From: an uncultured bacterium
Lineage (GTDB): Bacteria > Patescibacteriota > Gracilibacteria > UBA1369 > PNNO01
NCBI GenBank assembly: GCA_963704705.1
Contig: OY969931.1
Location: 1,342,546-1,374,545, forward strand
Length of the DNA: 32,000 nt
Direction: 5' to 3'
Every line of letters starts with the position of its first letter. The stretch's first letter is position 1. The position numbers were made by a program, and so were the translations under genes. Under the pieces are notes generated by a model. That model searched no databases. It was given only the letters and a program-made list of their open reading frames with translations, and was not told the DNA's origin. This document shows, one piece after another, positions 22,301 through 30,400 of the stretch.

Positions 22301-23326
22301 ATTTGTGATATTGATGATACTGCATTGGTAGCTGATACCGATAGCGGCAACAGAGTTGCTGATCTGCAAATTCCTTATGCTGGCTGCGGTGAATATTTAA
22401 CTGCAAATGAAAATTATTTTTACAGAGTAAGATTTAAAGAATACGATCCTGCAAACAGTCCTTATTGGGGCTTATGGAGTCAGACAAACTGGTTTGAACT
22501 TGGCGAAGGCGGAACAATTGATTTGGCAAATTGCGGCTCAGCCGACCTCAATTATGATACTCAGACAGGTGGCAACTTCACAATTGGCAATACTTTAACT
22601 GATTCTACCAGTGGTGCTACAGGAACAATAATTGCAGATGTCGATAATGGAACCGATGGTACTTTAACTATTCATATCACCTCAGGCACCTTTAGCAGCG
22701 GTGATACAATTACCGATGGCACTGCCAGTGCAACAGTCTCAAATAATCCATCTTATAAATTAAATATAGGGCCTTATGATTCATCAACAGGAGATAATTT
22801 CTTCGCAGATTATTGTAATTTTAATACAGAAGCTACAGTAACCATGCACATCAAAGCAACTAAAGATGACTTGTTGTCTGACGAAAGCGACCCTTATAAT
22901 AAAATCAGGGATATGATTGATGAAGAAAGTGATAGTTTGCCTGATATGGACGGAACTACTGTTGGCGGAGTAATAACAAATGAAAGTGGTTTCTACTTAA
23001 GCAATGTTAATACTAGTGAATTCACGGTTGGTGAATTTAACATCTTTGGGGATAAATATACAGATTACTGGTCGAACTTACCTCCTAACTCGCCATCATC
23101 AAATACAGTTCTTACAAGTTCGGGAGGTTATTTAAATGAATCGTTCACGTTTAATTTAGGTGCATTTATCCATGGATTAATACCTCACCCAACAGATCCG
23201 ATTAATAATGATCCGGCAGGAACTGCATGTAATGGAAACCCACTCAATTTGATTTATAACAACTGCGTTTCTTTAAGCGGTAATTATTCAATGATTTTAA
23301 CCTTAACCGCTTCAACAACTCCTTAA
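13373..23326 (+). CDS. Giant (3317 aa) membrane-anchored surface protein with an M36/M4-type metalloprotease head, a ~1700-aa beta-solenoid-like repeat region, a Gly-rich cassette and C-terminal modules
   Basis: Uninterrupted 9.95-kb ORF. Basic N-terminus plus one TM helix (IAIGSLIAAITIGPLIYFAAVAV, aa 24-46). FTP/PepSY-like propeptide (WYVTFEQYKNALPVFDGNIKMIF). HEYTH zinc motif (15374-15388) with a downstream MGEGLADYFA glutamate and ESHHDGQIFAGALWDL. The rest is N/T/S/G/Y-rich degenerate repeats. TAA stop. Confidence 0.92.
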   Translation: MRTSNNWLEKRKNRERLLARTQNIAIGSLIAAITIGPLIYFAAVAVPIEIREARNVQLTEESAATPEIAIEIPATPEISLSEKPIKFPEPVKEIKKIENPKVEFKLSDLPKENQQKEIVSTGKSESAEAKFIDTLKTEFKDQEKDVQIKVTNKQVDGQNEKLVVMENLDIDDGPRQIRKTEDADTVARAALRKYLKTNPKEVDFDIYTDTSKLTNSKKTYQLVVSDIKTNNGKWYVTFEQYKNALPVFDGNIKMIFTERKNLIAITDNIRTDFPEIEDFSITNSEASGAIQDVFTQWDEGVDKIGFVNKGYYKNKPAFKIELESHNPLGNFEVLVDGSNGDIENVKGDIRLADETGYTTEELEGLRAGNPLPYNPVVDKVDPVLYDVGERKPEEENQVYPSVEELDQIKINAENTALQQELIANPVNPEAPQLELQRSEIFQKIIAPVYAEEKFQVPEQQITGPSIGVIQEFSATGDAAATPDVGATLEPDIVILDTIFSQVLGKIYPQTPDQEPIITPFANAYTFFSQKQNITDEGGYFENKDLDWYSVYLDGPYVTVYDDDASSDAEIKDRTPEDPFVWDENSASLAAINAFYHTNEMHKYFADKFNFDTNKKIPVTVNSELVDQYLNGCGAWFDNSDKSIEMGRGGTDTCPEDLNYALSSDFVYHEYTHFVVEEITHLPNITGAESAAMGEGLADYFAASANNDPVWGDVVAPNDTRNLKNTLNYNYDLNGESHHDGQIFAGALWDLRTLIGPIEADKLVFNTLYQDRLHFETFMYGMLIEDDDNNDFSDGTPHMLEILAAFENHGIGPGIANFDGLPVDPEAWTDLLGEEAPQGQEDSILNAISAGCEGYDDGTSIVIPDNVTCTFTGSGSRSIIYLAGGADLYIGDSSTYGILSTSGDTSIYGTTAISSLRIGWYSGVYGRLTVGDELFLINGGWLYSGYDGSNFANANTYLHVTGSTQIYKQSTSYTSSNFVSIYNDATSDNNLGVLYIGRSDTSTSFYGNQSYFYNGGSARTNVDYFRLDNGGYINNYTNFYVTTSNSDILNGSIMYNRSSAIFNNAGYTTYVWDDSLFDNDGTVNSNSFDFRDSAELNMDGGTINGTTAIFYNTSWLDLNAGTFNVTTATYNNSTNADVAGGDFSPTTANFYTTSYVNHYTGGSTHITSLNLYNSSFWNHYGGTTSIGNFNMNDTSYARANTSGQTLTATSFNLYDSAVLEKAYYSAASNGDGNISATNIWLQGTSSLDILRSTGSVTASGTITVDDDSQYYQSTGSTTASYFSVVGTTQTTQSGELYLTGGTLTVSTRLLINENGWVNQDGGTVDAVLGQLNSNAAIYDQDGGTADFDTLRMYLNSHYQNDSAVIIRVGGGNMTDTSVFENNYTAGGTATVTIPSGLTGQQSFLLDTSAHFYNRYGGSFTTDTSGSSNGDTIDVIDSSTFDNYGTLTTYNLRIGWNDVDKTQIGGFYHNLYTTYESKTNVHGDLIMYRGYMSNDAGSTTAYGVVVSGNVNMKGYWQGTICDNSDLENSGLFSVSGNITMTSSTLTPAYTCTEINNFANASTLHKFSAANITSTYDYSDITNAGDFYVTTGSINMTSTHAFFQNSSSGYVSVYDDFIIDSTGAYAVYLDNSGDFNVGISTTSSLQVAGNSYVDNNSGGTINVDDAATTSTTRGQFTIYQDGSLVNEGDVSANLFWVDSGGGTSVTGFENQNGGTITSTYSGSATYGMKCIYAICQHKNTATSLTVASGLLVQSDLSYITNFIVGAPANINNAYINWNSMVTINSNATLTASGQWQVLDDQNATIPDYDGQIVVTSGSTFNGGSSANVYLGGPANTGGEIDNSGSFYANNLTLYDSSLFTNQSTGDVGISNTLQLAYEFTPSAFIRSYENYGSTEATYLQVYGDNSIFNSDGTSAQIYINNDLDINGGKLTVASGSVGATIDGNAYIYYKNGSTTSGELYNFDNSFVVAGKMYVSGFVQNGNSLFGAAMEIRSNTGSEDLYVHRGVSADGYGKFLNSGATLTVGDASGGEIKVEGIQNISLPGSYYIALFQNSEGAIHRAGHVNTDEMYIKTAADLLNYTDLNVNNKLWTGEDESPKTVTNYATGDIDVIGDGDSWFYNNSTVTNSGTFDATGTSGIMKVMQTVQTTTLDNYGTLSTDKLWNGSSAEYYGGTTSNLTSGTITVNDSTSDTAQNYGGTIIQNSSGSIDISSGRFTTTSNSGSYVGTVTQNSGTGEIKLGELYITNYGYYEISGSNTDPGTHVYDTVSSGNLAISGTTSELYINGSQVYVDGASNIYANGTLTNNALRVSGSGGFVSDGLTTVYSGGLLNSDNDSTCLFNSGLTVQGEANILDDATIIGNLIIDLGGLVNFGFQSPVIPNVGAIYVSGYLYMYGSNTVLNNNSQFAVNTFGTFGSSTGTQTATFNNNGYTDVSNSSFAAFGNDINVQKTGIINSDGPLTTGDNMIVSSGGTVNLNDNAASPDDYCQTWIGNDGTGNLTINQDGTDIGKVTVNCTRTTSSAELTVFSNTYVYGELELNSGMLTQNMIIGEPSAAYTGSVYHKPIVDLIGDNAPDIVFLLTITHDLTINPEGEINVSALSYIKPSSTHPYAGVFGGKGQYSSATGITEYGTIETGSVNFGRAGEDADRDLGAGGGKAQVVVGNDAVVNGPINADGESVKPNFDVGGGTTYDCAGSGGSVFLTIGGALSGSGDITARGGDSTPDISGGTAVAMAGGGGRIYIEYYDKSAYTGKVKANGGAADRDTSSGGLNLYHAGTGTVFYKWTDPWANENDGTLVIDPDGSWADIDFSGTGTLIDATTLANLTDKYLDVESVQIEPYGSLHLPGTNCAGGTCSKLQQCLKATPASFFLDTLGEVLYNRDHGSGTIKSVCIATPDPPYKLFINDPGTGAQSAINAKEGDPIATLFSLVPKFSAIHFDGRFDSTGTYADASPHQATHYEIQIADTDATYPTSPQYLFDDNATHIICDIDDTALVADTDSGNRVADLQIPYAGCGEYLTANENYFYRVRFKEYDPANSPYWGLWSQTNWFELGEGGTIDLANCGSADLNYDTQTGGNFTIGNTLTDSTSGATGTIIADVDNGTDGTLTIHITSGTFSSGDTITDGTASATVSNNPSYKLNIGPYDSSTGDNFFADYCNFNTEATVTMHIKATKDDLLSDESDPYNKIRDMIDEESDSLPDMDGTTVGGVITNESGFYLSNVNTSEFTVGEFNIFGDKYTDYWSNLPPNSPSSNTVLTSSGGYLNESFTFNLGAFIHGLIPHPTDPINNDPAGTACNGNPLNLIYNNCVSLSGNYSMILTLTASTTP
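14885..15808 (+). other. Fungalysin/thermolysin-like (gluzincin) peptidase domain within giant gene 1
   Basis: Motif series: INAFYHTNEMHKYFADKFNF, VYHEYTHFVVEE (HExxH), AAMGEGLADYFA (third zinc ligand Glu, codon 15452-15454), GESHHDGQIFAGALWDL. Their order and spacing match the M36 (fungalysin) and M4 families as I recall them. Confidence 0.7.
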
Positions 23327-23333
23327 ATATATT

Positions 23334-26300
23334 ATGGTAAAAAAACAAACACAAAAATTCAGCCTAAATCTTACACTTCTAACAATGATATTAAGCATTG
23401 CACTATATGCAATTTTAATATTGATGCCGGGCGTGCAAGCTGTTGATGTGCCTGCGGATGCTGAAGTTGGCGACCCTGATTGCTTCTGGTCTAATGGGCC
23501 AGGCTCTGAACTTTATGTGCCTAGCGGAAAGACTTGTACGATCGACTTTGACATAACAGCAACGAATGTTGCTGGCTGGACCGACTATGCAGTAATAGTT
23601 TATTCAGGTGGTACTTTAGAAGTTGTCGGCAATGGTTCAGACACCAAGCTCGATATTGATGGTGATATATATATAATGGGAACAGTAAATATTGGTGACA
23701 CAAATTCATCAAGCGTTATAAATTTCAGAACAATTAACGGCGGAGATTTAACTCTTGGAAATAATGCCACTGCTTCAATGACAGTAAGAGATAACTCAGG
23801 GGCAGGAACAAATCGTGTGGCTGTTACCGGTACCACTTATGTTGGAGATAGTTCGCAACCCAACACTCCAACCTTAACAATAAACTCAACATACCCTTTA
23901 ACTTCTTTTGAAAAAATTGATATTTACGGGCACATGAATGTGAACGGAGGCACAACAACTGCCTCGGGAATTGAATTGATGGACCTGGATAGCAATTCTG
24001 CCGAACTAAACATTGCAACAGGGGCAATTGTAACTATCGATAGTTTCTTCTCCCCTCCGCCCGGCCATCCATTTAATGGGTATGATATTTCACTTGGCCT
24101 CGGAATGTGGGCACATGCAGGTACAACAACCGTAACAGTCAACGGTACTTTAAATGCGCCTACTTCTGGAGGCGATGTATCAGTGATAGTGGGATCAAAC
24201 ATAGGCGCAAGCCATGCTAAGCTGGTTGTCGGTTCAACCGGAACAGCTAATTTCCAGGAAACAAACACATTCGCAATCCCTGACACTCTTACCGGCCCAA
24301 CTAATGCATTGTGGATATTAAGCGATATGCCTTATGGGCTTGAAGTTCAGGGCGCAGTTAACTCTTATATGTTTATACGGAACAATGGTTACATACATAT
24401 AACCGGAGGCAGCGGCTGGGTTGGCGGGAACAACAGTTATCAACAGGCTTCAGCCTTAAAAGTGGGCGATGGTGATACTTTAAATATAACAGGTATGGCG
24501 GATATTGATGGTGATTCTGTAATTGATGGGACATTAAACGTGACCCGCTGTACAAAAATAACAAATGATGCAACATCAACTTTCAGTGTAGGCTCGACCG
24601 GAACATTCAATACAAACACTGCTGGCACAGGTTGTACGCTGGCAAATACCAGCTCAAATGACGGCTTGAATGTTCAGGGTACAGATACAGTATTAAATAT
24701 TGCGAACGGTTCTGGCGGAGCAGGTGACCAAACTGTATTTATTAATTATGGCGACTTTAGAGTTGATGACGGCGGGACAGTTGATGCAAACGGATATTAC
24801 ACTGTTGAAGACGACATGATTGTTGAAGGCGGTTCAAATGTTTCAATGCAGGATACCGATATAGGTGATAATTTTAAAGCGGATAATGTTCTTGTTAATC
24901 CGGATTCTGGTGGTGCTAGTTCGGCCTTATCTATTGAAGCTAGTTCGGCGTTTGATTTGGTAGTCGGGCAGGTTGATATTGGAACAACTGCAAGTGCCGG
25001 AACAGGAGGAATAACCGTTCATGGAACACTTAATGTGCCAACATCGTCAACTTATAATTTTAAAGTATCCGACACGGGCCAGCTGGTAATTGAAGCCGGC
25101 GGAAAAGTTAACGATGATGCTTCAAGCGGCCAATTCTTAATTGAAGGCGGGGTAGTGGTCGTACGAGGAGCTTCCGGTAATCCGGGACTGCTTTATATCG
25201 CTGATCAGGAACTTCAAATGAGTAATGGCTCGACAACGGCATCTTTAATCATAGGTGATGCAAGTAATGAATATGGTGTATTAAACAGCGAAGCAACTCC
25301 TGCTGCTGCTCCTGGATTTGATTTCCAGGATGGTGTTTTGGATATTCAATATCATAGCGAAGCGACTTTTAATGATACTGTTGAGCTGTTAACCGGAGAC
25401 GAGATGTATATCGGCGGATATCTTAGAGGAACCGATGGTGTAAAGATAAGCTGCGATTCTGCAACTGTTATCGAATGTGAAGTTGAAGATTCGGGTGAAA
25501 TTAAAGTTGAAGGGTCAGGAACACCAACTATTAATGTATTGGATGATCTAAATCTTGTTGGAAAATTAAATGGTAATGATGGCGCTGGCGATGTTTCTAT
25601 AACAAACAATTCTACTATCTCAAGCAGGTCAATTAATGGTGAAGATTCATATTTTTATATAATTGCAAATAATTTAACTATAGGAACCGGTTCTTCTATT
25701 GATGTTTCGGAATTTGCCAGATGTATCAGTCCGGGCGGAACTCCAACTTACGGAGGAAGTTTTGGTGGTGAAGGTATGGGCGGCAACACAGAAACTTTCG
25801 GGGAAGCAAAATATACAACACCACCAAATTATGCAACAAGTTCTCCAAATCCTATTGGAATGTGTGGTTATAATAGTTTTGGAGAAAATGCTGGATTTGG
25901 AGGCGGTGCGGTTTATATAGATGCTTATAATATTATTGATATTAGTGGTCCTATACTTGCAAATGGTGAGGATTTTCCTGGTAATGATGCCGGTTCAGGT
26001 TCCGGCGGACTAATAGTTATTAATCATAATATTACACATTCTGATACTTCCGCTGATTTTAAAGGAGCTGCAAACATTGAGGCGGATGGCGGGAATGGTT
26101 CAGGTACAAGCAACAGTTATGGTGGCGGCGGCGGAAGAATTGTGATTAATTCAATATTATTCGAACAACCTGATGACGATGAAACAGGGCCTCCTCACTA
26201 TGCATATGAAGGCGGCATTTATGCAAATGGCGGAGGAACAAGCGGTTATACAGGCGATTACGCTGCAGCTGGTACAATTGTATTCCTTGGTGACGACAAC

Positions 26301-27464
26301 AATCCAAACGGAACTTTGATCGTTGATCAGGGTAACAGGCCGCTCGGAACAAGCGCTAAGGAAACAAATATTACCGCAACCGGTGATTATGTCTTTGACA
26401 GAATTGAATCTAAGCAGGGTGCAAAACTCACTTTTGATACTGCTCCGGGAACTGATCCCGTTAGCTGTTTTGTGGATGACGGAACTTCTTCAGTTGATTT
26501 AAACGGCGGAACTTGTACGGCAAATGCTGACAAGCCGGATACTTTATATATAAACAATACTTACACTGGTGCTCAGTCAGGCGATGAACCTTGGTTCACT
26601 GTTCCTGTTACAGTTAGTGACGGAACTCCGGAATTCAGTTTCAAATTCAGAAACCCTGAAAATGGAGCCCAAGAAGGACAGTATGCATTAATTGAAGTTG
26701 ATGATAGTTCGGATTTCTCTTCTCCTTTATGGAGTGCGAGTGACTCAAACAATCCGGTGCCAATCGCTACTGTGGGCGAAAGCGCAAGAACAGAAGATAT
26801 AGGATACGGCGGGGCAGCGTTAACTGGCGGAACAACATATTATGTAAGAGCAGCATTCTCAAATTCTGATGGTTCTGTTAGAGGTCTTTGGACTCACCGC
26901 GACATGGGTAATTATTATCAATTTGATCTAAGTCCTTCATATATGGAAATTTCTAATGATTGTAGTGATGTTATTGCTGTTGATAATGTCGGAAATCCAT
27001 TGCAGTACAAACCTAACGGTATGTACGGAAGCGGAAGTTGTACGTTTACATTAACTTCAACTGATACTGCTTGGGACCTTTACTACAGCAAAATCAGTGA
27101 TGCTTCGATTCTTAATGACGGCACAGGTACTTATGTTTGGGCTGATATTGATAATGCTGGTGCTGATTGTACTGTTGATAATACCGGCAATACCGAAGAT
27201 GAAGAATATGGCTTTAACTTAACAAGTTTAACTGGATTTGGAAGCGCGATTGTTGAAACCGATGCTGAATGCAGCTCTCTATACACTTCTTCTGATGTAT
27301 TTGATATTGAAACACTAACCAATAAAAACAAAATTATTGAAGGCAATGGAACAACAATTTCAGGTGCAACACTTGATCTTGTAATTCACGCGAATGTTGA
27401 TCGATATACAGCTGCAGAAACATATGAACTCGACACTATTATGATACTTTCTGACACACCTTAA
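23334..27464 (+). CDS. Giant (1376 aa) secreted beta-solenoid-like surface protein, paralog of the C-terminal two-thirds of gene 1
   Basis: Starts 7 nt after the gene 1 stop. Signal peptide ...ILILMPGVQA|VD. Cys50/Cys68 cap, N/T/S/G-rich repeats, Gly-rich cassette (25671-26336), a module with the Y-Y-V-R-A motif (26532-26930), and a C-terminal domain ending ...IMILSDTP. TAA stop. Confidence 0.92.
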   Translation: MVKKQTQKFSLNLTLLTMILSIALYAILILMPGVQAVDVPADAEVGDPDCFWSNGPGSELYVPSGKTCTIDFDITATNVAGWTDYAVIVYSGGTLEVVGNGSDTKLDIDGDIYIMGTVNIGDTNSSSVINFRTINGGDLTLGNNATASMTVRDNSGAGTNRVAVTGTTYVGDSSQPNTPTLTINSTYPLTSFEKIDIYGHMNVNGGTTTASGIELMDLDSNSAELNIATGAIVTIDSFFSPPPGHPFNGYDISLGLGMWAHAGTTTVTVNGTLNAPTSGGDVSVIVGSNIGASHAKLVVGSTGTANFQETNTFAIPDTLTGPTNALWILSDMPYGLEVQGAVNSYMFIRNNGYIHITGGSGWVGGNNSYQQASALKVGDGDTLNITGMADIDGDSVIDGTLNVTRCTKITNDATSTFSVGSTGTFNTNTAGTGCTLANTSSNDGLNVQGTDTVLNIANGSGGAGDQTVFINYGDFRVDDGGTVDANGYYTVEDDMIVEGGSNVSMQDTDIGDNFKADNVLVNPDSGGASSALSIEASSAFDLVVGQVDIGTTASAGTGGITVHGTLNVPTSSTYNFKVSDTGQLVIEAGGKVNDDASSGQFLIEGGVVVVRGASGNPGLLYIADQELQMSNGSTTASLIIGDASNEYGVLNSEATPAAAPGFDFQDGVLDIQYHSEATFNDTVELLTGDEMYIGGYLRGTDGVKISCDSATVIECEVEDSGEIKVEGSGTPTINVLDDLNLVGKLNGNDGAGDVSITNNSTISSRSINGEDSYFYIIANNLTIGTGSSIDVSEFARCISPGGTPTYGGSFGGEGMGGNTETFGEAKYTTPPNYATSSPNPIGMCGYNSFGENAGFGGGAVYIDAYNIIDISGPILANGEDFPGNDAGSGSGGLIVINHNITHSDTSADFKGAANIEADGGNGSGTSNSYGGGGGRIVINSILFEQPDDDETGPPHYAYEGGIYANGGGTSGYTGDYAAAGTIVFLGDDNNPNGTLIVDQGNRPLGTSAKETNITATGDYVFDRIESKQGAKLTFDTAPGTDPVSCFVDDGTSSVDLNGGTCTANADKPDTLYINNTYTGAQSGDEPWFTVPVTVSDGTPEFSFKFRNPENGAQEGQYALIEVDDSSDFSSPLWSASDSNNPVPIATVGESARTEDIGYGGAALTGGTTYYVRAAFSNSDGSVRGLWTHRDMGNYYQFDLSPSYMEISNDCSDVIAVDNVGNPLQYKPNGMYGSGSCTFTLTSTDTAWDLYYSKISDASILNDGTGTYVWADIDNAGADCTVDNTGNTEDEEYGFNLTSLTGFGSAIVETDAECSSLYTSSDVFDIETLTNKNKIIEGNGTTISGATLDLVIHANVDRYTAAETYELDTIMILSDTP

Positions 27465-27470
27465 TATATT

Positions 27471-30400
27471 ATGAAAAAAACAAAAACTAACATCTTGGCG
27501 GCTATAATCGGAATTTTGCTCGGAAGCATCAGTATCTGGCTTATGCCTGGTGCTTTGGCGCAAGATTCTAGTGTGGCGCAGATTCAGGTTGAAGTAAAAA
27601 GCGGATGTAACTGGCAGGGAACTCCTTATGCATCTGATTTATGGGTACTCGATGATACTATTTGTATACTTACAGGCACTCATGATATCGGTGCAAACGA
27701 TGTGGTGGTTTATGAAGATGACGGTGGAGGCGGCCAGCTCGGAGGAATTTTGATTATTGGAAGTGATGGAGTTGATACAGACATCACGGTTGGCTCTACA
27801 CTTATAAATAATGGAACACTTGAAATTGGTGTAAGCGGAGATCCTGCAACTAATTCAAATTTGCAGGTTAACGGAACTTCAATAATTTCAGCAACCGGCA
27901 GTGATGGTAATTTGAATATTCTCGCAAACTCTGACACAAGCAGTACCTGCGGGCCTTCATTTACTGATCCTTGCGGTAATAATACTATCGAACTGGGTTC
28001 ATCTTTAACAATCGCTTCTTCTTCAACAGGAGGAACATTTACGAATAATGATGACTCAACAACAAGCACGATTGATTCAATATCAATTTACGGACCTACA
28101 CAATTAAATCACGGTCTGCTTGAAAACCTTGCAGGAACAATCACTGTGACAAATCAAATCGACATGTACGGCTATGGTGAAATCAATAATGACGGAATAC
28201 TCACGCTGGGAAATGTTGCATCTTACTGGAATAATTATGCAAGTGCAGATAACAGCGGTACCTTTAATTCACCAAATACAATCAATATATATAGCGGTTC
28301 AACTCTTACAAATACCGGTACTTGGAATGGCGGCACACTTTACTTTACCGGTTCAGGAACAAGTGAAAACAATTCCGGAACCATGAATTTATCTACATTA
28401 AATTTCATTTCAAGCGGAACATTCAACAATACTGGTACCGGCGATATTAACGTAACCGGTAATATAATATTAAATAGCGGCGGTACAATTAATAATAATG
28501 ATACCGGAACAGTAACTGTTGATGCAGGAACTTATATTTACAATGCATCCAGTGATATTAATAATAATAGTTCGTGGCAAACCGACCTATTGCAAATTGG
28601 CCTTTTGCCAACAGCGATCGGTGGTAGTTTTAACAATTACGGCTCACTTAGCTTCCCTTCCCCTTCTGTTACGTCAATGAACATTATCAATGGTGGTGAT
28701 CTTAATAATGAATCTACCGGAACTATCACTGTTCCAACAAATATTTATATGGAAGGTGCTTCAGGACAGATTTCAACAATTACAAATACCAATACAACCG
28801 ATACAGACGCAATTGACGTTACAGGACAGATTAATATGGATGCTTATTCTTTAATTAACAATTCGGGTAATTTATCAACAAGCGGAACAAATAATATTGA
28901 TATCCAGGACAATGGTGCGACTATAACAAATACAACAAATGGATATATCAATCTTAAGGGTTCAGCTCAGGAATTTAATTTTGATGTTGCGATCGATAAC
29001 GATGGAACAATCAACACTGTTTCTTCTGCATTAATTTTATCTGATACTGCTGATTTAAATAATACAACCAACGGTATTGTGGATATTAATGGTTCAGGCA
29101 AGGACTTAACCTTAAACAACTCCGCAAACATTGATAATGCGGGAGTATTTAATGTAATTGATGCGACTTATCTTAATGATACAAGTACTACAACCCAAAC
29201 AGCAGGAGACTTTAATACAGTCACGCTTTATCTAAATGACACAACTTCAGCCGAAGCCAACTTCACAATGTCAGCAGGAACTGTTGATGTTACAGGCTAC
29301 ACTTATGTGTACGACGGTGGGACCGTAAACAATAATGTTATTAACATTAATGGCGGAACTTTAAATACAGCAACATTAAGAATTGGTGAAATCGGATCTA
29401 CAAACGGCGGAATAATCAACGTCGACTTAACCGGAAGCCTAAGTGTAATTGGCGGAACTTACGACCACATTTACAAAGGAACGCTCGATATCAAATCAAC
29501 AAGTACCGCTACCACTCCTTTCACTTTTGATGACAGGATATATATAAATGGAGACGGTACTGAAAAAGGTATTATAAATCATAATGGTTCGGGAACCGTA
29601 CATGCATACTCCTGGTTATCCGTATATGAATACGGTGAAATAAATATTGATAATGGAATATGGAATCAACATAATTCCGATTTCAATGTGCTTTCAAATG
29701 CCGCAGGAGATATACATGGCGAATTAAATATCGGAACAAACGGAACACTTTACGATGTTAACATTTTATATGCAGGCAGATACGATTACGGGGTAAGTCA
29801 AAACAGGCCCGGCGGAAACATAGTCAACAACGGAAACATGACTGCACCTGGAGGAGGCGGCGATTTGATGTGGCTTAACTGGGGCGGAAGACTTGAAAAT
29901 TACGGAACAATTGATTTGGGTCCAACTGGTTATATCGAAATGGATACAAGAGAAACTTTCTGGACTGCAACTGGCAGATCAAATTATTTCCTAAACGATA
30001 CAGGCGCAAGCTTTACATCCAATAATTTCCTTATGTATGACAACAATGACGATCCCGGGAATTCACATGAACGGGATAATTTAGTTGATAATAACGGTTC
30101 AATTACAATTTATCATGAAATGTATCTAGGTAATTCGTCTTATGACGGAGGTATTATTAACAACAATAGCGACATACAAATTGCTTACAAATTATGGGTT
30201 TATAAAGGTGGTGTATTCAACAATAATCCTGATGCTACCGTAACCGGAATAACTTCGGGAACTCCTGATACCATGAATATATTGACTGTACGTGGAGCCG
30301 ACGCATTAGGCAACAAAGCAACTTATAACCAATTCGAAGGTACAGATTCCCCTACTCAGGCATATAAAACAGTAACCGACAATTTGTCGATAGGCTTTAC

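Noticed and set aside
23924-24286. Antisense ORFs inside the giant genes (for example 23924-24286 and 27710-28069 on the - strand)
   Set aside because: They are embedded in multi-kb uninterrupted + strand ORFs with consistent repeat architecture. They carry no motifs and are expected by chance in stop-poor antisense frames of N/T/G-rich coding sequence.
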